From Flavobacteriales bacterium (GTDB lineage Bacteria > Bacteroidota > Bacteroidia > M30B66), in assembly GCA_044369395.1 (NCBI GenBank), contig JBIPLZ010000421.1, forward strand, positions 24,847 to 88,846: a stretch of DNA of 64,000 nucleotides. Direction: 5' to 3'. Below the pieces are notes generated by a model. It ran no database searches. It saw nothing but the letters and a program-made list of their open reading frames with translations, and had not been told where the DNA came from. The translations under genes and the position numbers were made by a program. Below are positions 37,185 through 46,577 of the stretch, piece after piece (positions within the stretch are counted from its first letter, which is position 1; the number at the start of each line of letters is the position of its first letter).

Positions 37185-37239
37185 TTTTGGTTTGGGGTTT
37201 CGTCATGGGTTCCGGTTTTGGTTTGGGGCTTCGTGGACA
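37185..37239 (+). repeat. two direct copies of TTTTGGTTTGGGG(T/C)TTCGT, 30 nt apart
   Basis: Copies at 37185-37205 and 37215-37235, upstream of the 37287 gene. Confidence 0.4.
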
Positions 37240-37286
37240 CATGCGTGTTCAAGCCCACACTCTAGCATTGAAAGGAGATTGCAGAC

Positions 37287-37508
37287 ATGAGCGTAAGGAT
37301 TCGCATCATCGAAACCGTGCCAACGAAGGCACATAAACGATCACCGCTCTTAGCAAAACTAAGACGCAAGCTGATCAAACTTCAACACCTAAGAGATCAA
37401 GGAACACCAGATCGAATAGGCGAAGAAGACGTTATACAAACCTTAGAACGTAAACCCAAAGTTGCCCGACAATTTTGGCAACAAGGAGGATACCAATGGG
37501 CTGGATAG
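37287..37508 (+). CDS. small basic hypothetical protein
   Basis: RBS AAAGGAG. Preceded by GT-rich direct repeats. Confidence 0.4.
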   Translation: MSVRIRIIETVPTKAHKRSPLLAKLRRKLIKLQHLRDQGTPDRIGEEDVIQTLERKPKVARQFWQQGGYQWAG

Positions 37509-37690
37509 AAATCCTAGCAATCGGACTCATACCCGGAAGCATCAAAGTTTCCCGTGAGTTCGGCAAATTAGACGTGAGCATTACTCCCGCAGTATTTATG
37601 CTCATCGAATTTGTATGCAAAAAAGCAAAAGAACTTTTGACTTCACCGTCGAAGCCAGAAGAACCCACCGAAGTTAAGACGGTTTCTTAA
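37496..37690 (+). CDS. small membrane protein
   Basis: MGWIEILAIGLIPGS... after CAAGGAGG. Confidence 0.35.
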   Translation: MGWIEILAIGLIPGSIKVSREFGKLDVSITPAVFMLIEFVCKKAKELLTSPSKPEEPTEVKTVS

Positions 37691-37719
37691 CACAACAACA
37701 ACAACAAAGGATCATAACA

Positions 37720-38145
37720 ATGGATATCAAAGAAGTAATCGTAAAGTCTAGCCTCAAGCAACGAATCACCGCAGCACTTGTAGCAGGTGCTTTAGGTGGT
37801 GGCTATTACTACAACGCTCACGCAACCGTGTCTCCCCAGCAAGCCGTAACAAGCGGAATGCACAAGGAAAACACAGTTAAGATGACCGTACTTTCCGGCA
37901 AAGATTTCATCGATGGTAAGACTAAAGCACCTAAATCTACAGTGCTTAATGACACAGCAGACTACAAAGCTGCAAGTCTTACTATATACATCGATAGAAC
38001 TCGCTGCCCTAACTTAAATTACGCTAGCCTTCAAGGCAAAACCATTAGCGTAAAAGGATTTGTACAAGAGTGGAAAGGTAAGGACGGCAAATCCAAACCC
38101 GAAATCAAAGTAACTGATCCTTCCCAAATCAGCGTAGTGAATTAA
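37720..38145 (+). CDS. membrane-anchored OB-fold (BOF/YgiW-like) protein
   Basis: N-terminal TM segment, then GKTISVKGFVQEWKGKDGKSKPEIKVTDPSQISVV, which resembles the BOF OB-fold signature. Confidence 0.4.
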   Translation: MDIKEVIVKSSLKQRITAALVAGALGGGYYYNAHATVSPQQAVTSGMHKENTVKMTVLSGKDFIDGKTKAPKSTVLNDTADYKAASLTIYIDRTRCPNLNYASLQGKTISVKGFVQEWKGKDGKSKPEIKVTDPSQISVVN

Positions 38146-38253
38146 TCCCCACTACGAGCACTGAGGAACGAGAGAAGAAGTGCAAGCTAAACCTTCGCTT
38201 CTTCTCTCACACTGTATGACTAACCCAAACACCAAACATTCTAGGAGATTGAT

Positions 38254-38784
38254 ATGAGCAACTTTGAAGCATTTGTAACCGCAAATAGTGCAGCCCAAAT
38301 CCGTGACTCTAAAATCGGAGGAAGGTTTTGGAAAAGGCGAGACAGCTTTACCACTGGTAACACGCTAACACCTTCCAAAACCACACCACCTGAGCTAGAA
38401 GGCAAAACCTTACACATTGCCAAACAAGATGAAGGCTTCACCCTTTACATAGCACACACTGTTGACGCACCCTTTAGTGCAGCAGAAGTATTGTGCCACT
38501 TAAAGGAAACCGAAATCAAAAACAAAGAAGGCCTTGTATCACCAGTCCTTAAAGGGATTGCAATGATCAACGGACAAAGCTCTGAGATTGTTATCAGAGC
38601 CAATAGCCTTCAGCAGAAACAAGACCAAGTAAACAGGGCAATTGCAGATGGTAGAACCAATGCCATCGTAAGCAACCAACCCGATCTTTACATGTCCATT
38701 GCGACATACAGCACTAGCAAAACCAAGCCAGTCGTACCAGCAATGAACAGTAATGAAATGCCAGACGAAGACTTACCGTTCTAG
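38254..38784 (+). CDS. hypothetical protein
   Basis: 176-aa ORF with RBS AGGAG. Followed by an intrinsic terminator. Confidence 0.4.
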   Translation: MSNFEAFVTANSAAQIRDSKIGGRFWKRRDSFTTGNTLTPSKTTPPELEGKTLHIAKQDEGFTLYIAHTVDAPFSAAEVLCHLKETEIKNKEGLVSPVLKGIAMINGQSSEIVIRANSLQQKQDQVNRAIADGRTNAIVSNQPDLYMSIATYSTSKTKPVVPAMNSNEMPDEDLPF

Positions 38785-38802
38785 TATTTGATCGCCCAAA
38801 GA

Positions 38803-38853
38803 TAGCTCTCTAGTGATTCCTGCAAAGGATGAATTAGAGAGCTTCTTTTTTTC
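38803..38853 (+). terminator. rho-independent terminator
   Basis: AGCTCTCTA...TAGAGAGCT inverted repeat followed by TCTTTTTTT. Confidence 0.55.
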
Positions 38854-39003
38854 ATGTGGGCAAGTGAATATAGACAGCACCTTTCTAGTAGTAGTGAGCA
38901 ATCACACCCTACTAGATTGGTGCATTTTTTTGAAAGGTTTCTGTTTGGATTAGGGTTTCTCATATTAAAAACCGCTAAATACTTAACACAAAAGGAGCAT
39001 ACG

Positions 39004-40809
39004 ATGGCAACACTAGTTCATCCATCCGCAATTGAACAAGACGATAAGCTGCTGCATCGGCTAAAAAACTATAGGCTAGCTCCAATAGGAACACCTCTAA
39101 CAAAAGATGACACCTTAATCGTAAGCTGGGATTACAGACACAAGGCTGCAACACTTCTTCCTAGCCGTATGCTAACTGTCATTGTTCTTAATCCCACCAA
39201 CGAAAGCCCAATGATAACTGTCAAAGGTGTGCATGTAGAAAGAAGAAACGGATCTGTAATAATGCAGTCGTATGATAAAAGAGCACAGCAGAATATGTAC
39301 CGGCTCTTTAAAACCATGCCAAACACTTGGGGTGGTAAGACTTGGTTTAACATGGGCAAAGTTTATGACATCTCTAGAACACCATACGCATACCTTCTAG
39401 ATACCCGCCATGCAACTATCATAAACCCTTTCGGAGAAGAATACGAAAAAGATATCACAAGCTATTGTAGACCTATTGACTGCTTACCCTATGTCAGGGA
39501 AGGAAGAACCCCTCGTTACAAACTAACTGCTAACCAGACACCTCTCTTTAAAAGTCTTGCAGATGCTGTAGCAGGCAACGCTGTATCAACCGTAGAGTCT
39601 TTCTATACCACAGAGCTTGGAGAAGTTTCTTTCACTCTTAAGCAATGCTTAGATTACATGCCAAGAGATACAAGCGTAATGGCAGGGATTGCCAACTGGC
39701 CTTATGAGTTAGTACCACGAGCTTACTTAGAGTGGCTTGTAGCAGACGGAGATCTTGGCGACAGTGTAATGTCCACCGCACTACCTGGACCAAACGCTTT
39801 ACGAGATAGCATCTTATCCTTTCTTTCAGAGACTACTATCTTCAAGATGTACAACGGAACACTTGAAGAAGAAGGCAAACTAAAAGTAATCGGAAATACC
39901 AATGACAATCCCATGACTCGAAGCCTGCGTAAACAACACGTCAAGATGGATACAGAAGATAGAGATATGGTACACCGAGACTTCTGTACTTTCGGCTACT
40001 GGATCAAAGACACTTTCGTTCCAGCGGGAACTAGCAGCTACATACCTTTTGAAGCTCACGGGCCTGCAACTTGGCTTGAAGCTCATGATGGTAGAAGAGA
40101 TGCAGAGAGTCTTCCTAAACATCTTAAGACAGGACTTACTGAGTTTGAACGGCAAGAGAAATGGACTCCTACAGAAAAGGAAAACTACGATTGGAAGCCA
40201 GTACAAATAAGCACCAACGTAAACAAAGCATTAGAACATCTCTTTAACCTGCACCAAAGGCTAGATCTCTGGGAACAAAGACATGACTTTCTTCTTAGAA
40301 GAACCGAGCTTGAGATGAGTGAACGAGACAGGGAAGAAATGGACTGGGAGTTTAAAGAGCATGAGCTTGAAATGAAAAGAATCAAAAACGAGTATGTAGG
40401 TATCCTTAGCTTGCACAAAGATTCTATTCCCGCAGCTTGGGGAATCAAAGACCGGATTATTAAGCTTAGAACTGTAGCTAGTTATGATGCTAGGAAGATG
40501 GCAGATCTTATTGAAGACATGCTGGAATATGCAAGCTTAGAAGAAAAGCGTAGCGAAGAAGATCAAATGTACTGGATCTTAGTAACTCAAAAAGTGACAG
40601 AATGGAGAGAGTTTAAGCAAGAGCTAGATAAAGAAAAAGATAAACACTTAGAAGAAGCAAGGCTTATACGACCTGCTATACCTTGGAACATGATGAAAGA
40701 CTTAAACGTAAGCCAGACTGATGACGCTGCATCTTTAAGATGGGCAATTCGATTTGCCAAAACTCAAACCCCTAGCTTATCAAAAAGGAAATCCAAATGC
40801 TTCCAGTAA
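39004..40809 (+). CDS. large hypothetical protein (602 aa)
   Basis: Starts MATLVHPS after AAAAGGAGCATACG. The annotated upstream extension crosses a terminator and is unlikely to be translated. Confidence 0.45.
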   Translation: MATLVHPSAIEQDDKLLHRLKNYRLAPIGTPLTKDDTLIVSWDYRHKAATLLPSRMLTVIVLNPTNESPMITVKGVHVERRNGSVIMQSYDKRAQQNMYRLFKTMPNTWGGKTWFNMGKVYDISRTPYAYLLDTRHATIINPFGEEYEKDITSYCRPIDCLPYVREGRTPRYKLTANQTPLFKSLADAVAGNAVSTVESFYTTELGEVSFTLKQCLDYMPRDTSVMAGIANWPYELVPRAYLEWLVADGDLGDSVMSTALPGPNALRDSILSFLSETTIFKMYNGTLEEEGKLKVIGNTNDNPMTRSLRKQHVKMDTEDRDMVHRDFCTFGYWIKDTFVPAGTSSYIPFEAHGPATWLEAHDGRRDAESLPKHLKTGLTEFERQEKWTPTEKENYDWKPVQISTNVNKALEHLFNLHQRLDLWEQRHDFLLRRTELEMSERDREEMDWEFKEHELEMKRIKNEYVGILSLHKDSIPAAWGIKDRIIKLRTVASYDARKMADLIEDMLEYASLEEKRSEEDQMYWILVTQKVTEWREFKQELDKEKDKHLEEARLIRPAIPWNMMKDLNVSQTDDAASLRWAIRFAKTQTPSLSKRKSKCFQ

Positions 40810-41144
40810 ACCACGGCATCTTTCCACAAGATGAACTCGTTCCGGTAACAACCCTCTGGACATCTAAGAAAGGAACAGGAACTCTCTGGGGCAGACTCAC
40901 AGAAACGATGAGAGTCTTTCTGTTCCCAGGACAAGCTGGAATCAAGAAAGCTAGACTGGCAATCATGGAAAAGACAGACATAGCTTGGTACACGCTTTGC
41001 TCTTTAGAAGATCGTCCTTACGGTTGGTGCGGAGGGTTTGGACTTAGCTATGTAAAGATCAAGCTAAACAACAAAGAAAAACCAACAGACAGTGACAGTT
41101 ATGGCTTGTACTTTTCGCCATACTATAAGGAGAAAGTAGCATGA
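40797..41144 (+). CDS. hypothetical protein
   Basis: 115-aa ORF, translationally coupled. Confidence 0.4.
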   Translation: MLPVNHGIFPQDELVPVTTLWTSKKGTGTLWGRLTETMRVFLFPGQAGIKKARLAIMEKTDIAWYTLCSLEDRPYGWCGGFGLSYVKIKLNNKEKPTDSDSYGLYFSPYYKEKVA

Positions 41145-41410
41145 ACCGTTATAACTATTTCTGGAATGATAGCTACTGGGATATCTACGCAAAGGATATT
41201 GAAGAGGCACAGCAGTTAGTCTTTGACTTGGATAGGATACCTTATGATATAATACATATCCCCACCCTCAATATAAACATGGAGGTAGTTGATGAAGACA
41301 AAAAAGACACGGCAGCAAAAAGCCAAAAGGATATTAAATCTAACAGCAAGAAGAATGCTAGCAAAGCTACTGGCTATGAAACCTATCGACTTAAATCCGC
41401 GAGCATTTGA
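41141..41410 (+). CDS. hypothetical protein
   Basis: ATGA-coupled to the upstream gene. It overlaps the next ORF extensively in another frame. Confidence 0.3.
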   Translation: MNRYNYFWNDSYWDIYAKDIEEAQQLVFDLDRIPYDIIHIPTLNINMEVVDEDKKDTAAKSQKDIKSNSKKNASKATGYETYRLKSASI

Positions 41411-41513
41411 AAGCTATGAATTCTGCGAAGAAGTTAGAGACATGTATGAAAGAAACAGATTCAAAGCAGATAGACTATTAAAGAACTATGACCTAGCAAG
41501 TATCGTGGTGTAA
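41292..41513 (+). CDS. small basic hypothetical protein
   Basis: Strong RBS (GGAGGTAGTTG-ATG). Basic N-terminus. Confidence 0.4.
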   Translation: MKTKKTRQQKAKRILNLTARRMLAKLLAMKPIDLNPRAFESYEFCEEVRDMYERNRFKADRLLKNYDLASIVV

Positions 41514-41515
41514 CC

Positions 41516-41731
41516 ATGTCAAACATGAAATTGATACGAGAAGGACTGGAAGCTGCGGACGATCTATCAGTATTGTTCCGCAGCATATTAGGTGAAGTTA
41601 CTACAGCAAATGATAAGAGAATCAAGAAGCTAGAAAAAATCATCTCTGAAAAAAGAATACTTATTCACATAGCCCTAGCTGAAGCCGTAGCAGCAGAGAA
41701 ATTAACAACCAAGAACAGGACCTCTTTATGA
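41516..41731 (+). CDS. hypothetical protein
   Basis: 71-aa ORF adjacent to the previous gene. Confidence 0.35.
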   Translation: MSNMKLIREGLEAADDLSVLFRSILGEVTTANDKRIKKLEKIISEKRILIHIALAEAVAAEKLTTKNRTSL

Positions 41732-42129
41732 ACGCAATTCTCTCGCATCCATTATTTGCAAGCATGGTATGCGAACATGCAAGAAAAAGTTTAAACAAAC
41801 AAAAACACAAATGTGACTTCTGTTCTTTTACTGGAACAGATTTAGATAACTTTAACGAAGACCTTAGAACCTGTTCTCGCTGCCAAGAGTATATAGAATC
41901 TATGCGGATTTGTGGAATGGACGTAGATGATATAACAAAAAGGTTTGGCTTACTAGGAAGCATACGAGCTATGGAAAACTGCATTGGATCTTGTGCTCCC
42001 ACCAGTGCAATACTTAGTAGTTTTAAAACCTTCTTTAATAAAATGAAAACCATCCCTGAAATACGACAAGCCATTTCAGAAGGAATTGAAAACGAAAAAC
42101 GAAAAAGGGAAAACGGAGCTAGCGATTAA
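41728..42129 (+). CDS. zinc-ribbon hypothetical protein
   Basis: CDFCSF...CSRCQEY Cys pairs. Confidence 0.35.
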   Translation: MNAILSHPLFASMVCEHARKSLNKQKHKCDFCSFTGTDLDNFNEDLRTCSRCQEYIESMRICGMDVDDITKRFGLLGSIRAMENCIGSCAPTSAILSSFKTFFNKMKTIPEIRQAISEGIENEKRKRENGASD

Positions 42130-42481
42130 TTCGGTACTGCTTTATACGGGAAAGATAAAGAGCCGCGTCTTTAACTACGTGAGGGTTATACTGTTTCCAA
42201 TCACGAAGATGACCCCATGTCAAATGACAATTAGGACCGTCCTCGCAAAGAGACAAAAGATTAGAAGGGTCTAACTCTAAATCCGGTCTAAGATGAAACG
42301 GTTCGATATGGTGTACAGAAACGTTCTTACTTTTACCACAAGCCTGACAAGTTGGTTGAGTAAGTAAATGCTTTTTCCTAACACCATCCCACTTAGGTGA
42401 CCGCAAAGAATCCCTTGGAGGTGAGCTTTCAATTTTAGATTTCGCTGCACCAAAAATCATCTCTCTAATTGCTTGAATCAT
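42119..42481 (-). CDS. HNH endonuclease
   Basis: CQACGKSKNVSVHHIEPFH...NLLSLCEDGPNCHLTWGH is an HNH motif with a zinc-binding Cys/His pattern. It lies antisense within the plus-strand block. Confidence 0.7.
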   Translation of the reverse strand: MIQAIREMIFGAAKSKIESSPPRDSLRSPKWDGVRKKHLLTQPTCQACGKSKNVSVHHIEPFHLRPDLELDPSNLLSLCEDGPNCHLTWGHLRDWKQYNPHVVKDAALYLSRIKQYRINR

Positions 42482-42645
42482 AGCTTACTCCTTTAAGTAT
42501 AATTATATAATACTTTAACTATACCTAAAGTCGTTTATTAGTTCCATACTCCGTAAAGGTTTCCTGTTTAATTTTTGATTATTCGGGGATAAATACCTGT
42601 CCACTTCTGTACGCATTTGTATGATCCCAAAACAAAAGGAGCTGT

Positions 42646-43548
42646 ATGAAAGTAGTAGACTTATTTGCAGGAGCTGGAGGCTTTAGCACCGGAGCAGTAC
42701 AAGCTGGGTGTGAAGTTGTATGGGCTGCTAACCACTGGAAAGATGCGGTGCATGTACATGAGTGCAATCACCCCAAGACTTTCCACAGTTGTCAAGACTT
42801 ACAGCAAGCAGACTTTACTACCTTGCCACAGTACGATGTTCTGTTAGCCAGCCCCTCTTGCCAAGGGCATAGCAAAGCTCGGGGAGCGGATCAACCAAGA
42901 CATGATGCAGCAAGGAGTACAGCATGGGCTGTTGTTGCCTGCGTTGAAACCACCAGGCCCAAAGCTTTTGTAGTAGAGAATGTCACAGAGTTTTTAAGCT
43001 GGGAACTATTCCCACAATGGAAAGGCTGCATGGAAAAGCTTGGATATAACTTAGCTTCCAACATATTAAACGCTGCTGACTTTGGTGTGGCTCAATCTAG
43101 GATAAGAGTTTTTATTACCGGATCTAAAGCTCAACCTTTACAAGTTCAAACAAACCCATTTAAAAAACACATACCTTTTAAAGACTTAATTGAAGACGGG
43201 GATTATAAGTGGTCAACCGTTTCTGATAAAGCTGATAGCACTAAAAGAAAATGGGCTAACGGAATTAAAGACCACGGAGATAATTTCTTAATTGCCTACT
43301 ACGGATCTGAACGTGGGGGTAGAAGTATTAAGAAGCCCCTTGGAACAATAACCACGAAGGAAAAGTTTGCTCTTATCAATAGGGATAAGATGCGAATGCT
43401 TTCTTTGAGTGAATACAAAAACGCTATGGGATTCCCAGAAAAATACCTATTGCCTAAAAGCAAGAGCCTAGCACTTCACATGCTGGGCAATGCAGTCTGC
43501 CCTCCCGTTGCAAAAGAGATCCTAACCCAAATGAAAGAGTGTATTTAA
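42646..43548 (+). CDS. DNA (cytosine-5) methyltransferase
   Basis: Motif I DLFAGAGGFSTG, motif IV SPSCQGHS, motif VI ENV, motif VIII QSRIR. Confidence 0.8.
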   Translation: MKVVDLFAGAGGFSTGAVQAGCEVVWAANHWKDAVHVHECNHPKTFHSCQDLQQADFTTLPQYDVLLASPSCQGHSKARGADQPRHDAARSTAWAVVACVETTRPKAFVVENVTEFLSWELFPQWKGCMEKLGYNLASNILNAADFGVAQSRIRVFITGSKAQPLQVQTNPFKKHIPFKDLIEDGDYKWSTVSDKADSTKRKWANGIKDHGDNFLIAYYGSERGGRSIKKPLGTITTKEKFALINRDKMRMLSLSEYKNAMGFPEKYLLPKSKSLALHMLGNAVCPPVAKEILTQMKECI

Positions 43549-43805
43549 TGTCACGACACAACGTTACAGCACACGGTAAAACTTACACCTACGGATACGA
43601 CAATTGCGTTCCCGAATATTATTTGATGAGTATAGATGATAAAGGACAACGGGAGTTTTTAGTTGGAGGTATGGCAAGCTTTGCTGGAACAGCAGGCAAT
43701 CTTTTACAAGAGTTTAAAAGGCAAAAGCTTTTAGGAATCATTCATCCCGAACACATAACCCTTGCAGCACTGGATCTTCCTATTCCCCAAAAGGAGTTTG
43801 TATGA
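43539..43805 (+). CDS. hypothetical protein
   Basis: 88-aa ORF overlapping the MTase stop and the next start. Confidence 0.4.
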   Translation: MYLMSRHNVTAHGKTYTYGYDNCVPEYYLMSIDDKGQREFLVGGMASFAGTAGNLLQEFKRQKLLGIIHPEHITLAALDLPIPQKEFV

Positions 43806-44368
43806 AAATACTTACGCAGATATCACCAGCAAAAGTCCAAAACTTAGTAAGACTTCTATCCGAAAGACTCAAGCTAACCACAGATGTATCCAACTATGCG
43901 CCAGGTAGAAGAAGGTCTTGGCTACAATACGAAGCACCGCTGGGAGCAAGTATGCCTTGGAGAAAAGCTAACAACGACCAAGAGCTATGGGGCGAAATCC
44001 TAGAGATAGGAAAAGAGATAGGCTTCATTCCTGAGCTTGGACTAGCTTCTCTTGGAGGAACTATTAAGCCTCATCGAGATGCGTCTTACGCTGACTACAA
44101 AGCCGTAGGCATTAACTTAGGAGGTACGACTTTTGGATATGAAAAGTCTTATCCAGAATACAAATGGGCTCCTCAAGAACGATTAGTAACACCAGCAGAA
44201 GTAAGTGAGACAGATTTAATAGGCGGGGAAGTGTACGAGTTCAACTGCAAGAACCTACACTGGACAACCAACGTATCGCCCACCCGATGGGCAATTAATC
44301 TTTGGCAAGTATCAAACAAACAAAGAACCCAATACGAAACTTTTAAGGAGATTCACAATGGAAACTAG
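43802..44368 (+). CDS. AlkB-like 2OG-Fe(II) dioxygenase (candidate)
   Basis: GGTIKPHRDASYADY (HxD), then GGEVYEFNCKNLHWT (second His, 62 aa later), then SPTRWAINLWQV (R..N/L..RQ-like 2OG-binding strand). This parallels E. coli AlkB at LSLHQDKDE / GGESRLFYHGI / CRYNLTFRQ. Confidence 0.5.
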   Translation: MKILTQISPAKVQNLVRLLSERLKLTTDVSNYAPGRRRSWLQYEAPLGASMPWRKANNDQELWGEILEIGKEIGFIPELGLASLGGTIKPHRDASYADYKAVGINLGGTTFGYEKSYPEYKWAPQERLVTPAEVSETDLIGGEVYEFNCKNLHWTTNVSPTRWAINLWQVSNKQRTQYETFKEIHNGN

Positions 44369-44603
44369 CCGTCTTGAAAACCCATGGCCAAACGTACCGT
44401 TTTCTTCTAATGGAGCTGCACACTCTAAAGAAACAGTAAACAGTGTGAACGCAATCTTATTGAGGTTAGCGTTTCAAGCAGCAGAAGAACACATCAACCA
44501 AACAAGAATTGGAAATGGGTCAAAATCTTTTGAGAAGTTTAAATTGCAAGCAGAAGAACTAGAAAAAATTTTAGCGTTTTTTAACCCTTCTTGGAAAAAG
44601 TAA
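44358..44603 (+). CDS. hypothetical protein
   Basis: 81-aa ORF overlapping the upstream gene (same operon). Confidence 0.35.
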   Translation: METSRLENPWPNVPFSSNGAAHSKETVNSVNAILLRLAFQAAEEHINQTRIGNGSKSFEKFKLQAEELEKILAFFNPSWKK

Positions 44604-44625
44604 TCTTAACAAACAGGAGTTTGTC

Positions 44626-45180
44626 ATGCCCTACTGGTGTATCAATGCAGTAACACTAAAGCACAAAGACAAAGAGCACCTAGCATTTATTGCAAATGCT
44701 TATAACAACGGCAAGCTGCTTAGTTCTATTCTTAAAGATTCAACAGAAGCAGATCCTAAATTAATAACCGCGTGGCGGTTTGATAACTGGGGAACGTCAA
44801 AAGAAATTCAAAGACCTCACGAAGATGATGTAGAACCACACCAAGAAAAAGATGATGAAGAATGGTTCTTAGATCTAAACTTTGAAACCGCATGGACTCC
44901 ACCACTAAAGCTGTATTCACTGTTAAGTCTTGAAGGCTATAAAGTACAAGCTTATTTTTGGGAATCCGTCAAAGGCTATTGTGGAAGATTCTTAAATAAC
45001 AATGAAGCGTTCTATCCAATTGAGGTACTTGACTCTCAATGGACTTCAGCAAACCTCCCAGCAGATATCGACTTTGCATTAGGAATAACAGAAAGGTTAG
45101 TAGAGTGGGAAGATTATGAATATGAACTTGAACAACAAGATAAAGAAACCTCTGCCTTGTTTCAAGAGAGTTCAAAATGA
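44626..45180 (+). CDS. hypothetical protein, paralog of 46578..47237 (MPxxCxN / NWGT / TAWxPP family)
   Basis: MPYWCINAV..., FDNWGTSKE, FETAWTPPLKLYSL, AYFWESVKGYCGRF match the second copy. Confidence 0.45.
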   Translation: MPYWCINAVTLKHKDKEHLAFIANAYNNGKLLSSILKDSTEADPKLITAWRFDNWGTSKEIQRPHEDDVEPHQEKDDEEWFLDLNFETAWTPPLKLYSLLSLEGYKVQAYFWESVKGYCGRFLNNNEAFYPIEVLDSQWTSANLPADIDFALGITERLVEWEDYEYELEQQDKETSALFQESSK

Positions 45181-45473
45181 TACCAGACTTTGCAAAACCT
45201 AAATTTGAAATAGGTAATACCAGACTGTCTCCCAAGATATCCAAGCTTGCAAAGACTGTTCTGTTAGTAGAGTTGTATCTTGACCGCCATCAACTAGGAG
45301 ACTGGGATAACTCGGAAGAAGATACACAAGCTTTAAACAAAAGTGCTATTGAAACTAACGACTTAGTGATCTCACGGTTCAATACAACTTTTGGTTTGAT
45401 AAAAGTTATGACAAACAAAGATAGAAATAAAACTATCGTGCTGTTTGAAGATGAATATTCACCTGACATTTAA
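45177..45473 (+). CDS. hypothetical protein
   Basis: 98-aa ORF, ATGA-coupled. Confidence 0.35.
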   Translation: MIPDFAKPKFEIGNTRLSPKISKLAKTVLLVELYLDRHQLGDWDNSEEDTQALNKSAIETNDLVISRFNTTFGLIKVMTNKDRNKTIVLFEDEYSPDI

Positions 45474-45485
45474 TGGAGCTTAGTT

Positions 45486-45722
45486 ATGGATGACGAGAAA
45501 ATACAAATGCTTCCGTTTCAATTACCAGAACTTCTAACCTTTATGCTTCTATTTAGAATCCTCACTCATAGAGATGATGGACTAGCTAAAGTAGCAGAGC
45601 TCTTAGACGCAGATGAAATGACTGTTAAAAAACTAAAGATAAGAGTTCACGATTACCTAGAAACACATACAAACAAAGAACTAGACTTTGAACCATTAGA
45701 CTTTAATAAAGGAGAATTATAA
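45486..45722 (+). CDS. hypothetical protein
   Basis: 78-aa ORF. Confidence 0.35.
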   Translation: MDDEKIQMLPFQLPELLTFMLLFRILTHRDDGLAKVAELLDADEMTVKKLKIRVHDYLETHTNKELDFEPLDFNKGEL

Positions 45723-45959
45723 ATGGTAAACATTAAAGACACCATGATTATCAAGAAAATGCAGGAGGCTCTTCATTCATTCAATAAGATGCTCAATCGC
45801 TTTAACCGAAGAGTGTAGACAAGCAGCAGAAACTGCAAACATGTTTCTTATTGTCTACATGCAGATAGTAAAGCTTAGCTAGACAGAAGACATCTCTGAG
45901 CTAAATGATTCCGCTGTCGAACTACACCAAGAGATAGGCAAACTAAGGGAGCTAGTACA

Positions 45960-46304
45960 ATGAGCCACACACCAAGACCGTGGAAGCCAAGCCTCTTTAA
46001 TATTGTTACCAATGTTACCGGACTTATACAAGAAAAACCAAAGGCAACACCACTCAAAGTAGACAAGGGGTTGCTAGAAATACTCGATGATAATGAAAAC
46101 ACTGTTGCTTTCGTAAACCTAGAAGACACATCCCTAAGTGAAAACGATCTTGCCAACGCTAACCTCCTCGCAGCAGCACCAGAGTTGTTAGCAGCGTTAC
46201 GAGAATTGCTTTACGTAACAGAACCAACTTTCGACAACCGGCACGAAAGAGAAGCTGCTATCGATGCTATCAACAAAGCAACAGGAGAAGAAGATGCCCC
46301 TTGA
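45960..46304 (+). CDS. hypothetical protein
   Basis: 114-aa ORF. Confidence 0.35.
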   Translation: MSHTPRPWKPSLFNIVTNVTGLIQEKPKATPLKVDKGLLEILDDNENTVAFVNLEDTSLSENDLANANLLAAAPELLAALRELLYVTEPTFDNRHEREAAIDAINKATGEEDAP

Positions 46305-46560
46305 ACCTTTAACAAATCCAATAGATCTTGAACCTAATGTGCAAGACTTAATGAATAACTTTACAGCTGTAATTGAAAACGCTCGTATAGATGCTATGTG
46401 TTTATACCTTAGACTTAATAAAGAAACAGGGGATCAACAATGGGCTCTAAATGTATTAGATCCTTTAGACGAAATAGAAAACCTACTTAGACGTATTTAC
46501 AAAGCAAAAGCTTGTGCGTGGAAAAGAGGTTCAGATGGTGGAATTATTATATCAGATTAA
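46264..46560 (+). CDS. hypothetical protein
   Basis: 98-aa ORF overlapping the upstream gene. Confidence 0.3.
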   Translation: MLSTKQQEKKMPLEPLTNPIDLEPNVQDLMNNFTAVIENARIDAMCLYLRLNKETGDQQWALNVLDPLDEIENLLRRIYKAKACAWKRGSDGGIIISD

Positions 46561-46577
46561 CTAACAGGAGAATAATC

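Noticed and set aside
38854-39003. N-terminal extension of the 651-aa ORF
   Set aside because: It spans a rho-independent terminator (38803-38853) and a gap with a strong RBS directly before ATG 39004. Translation from 38854 is implausible.
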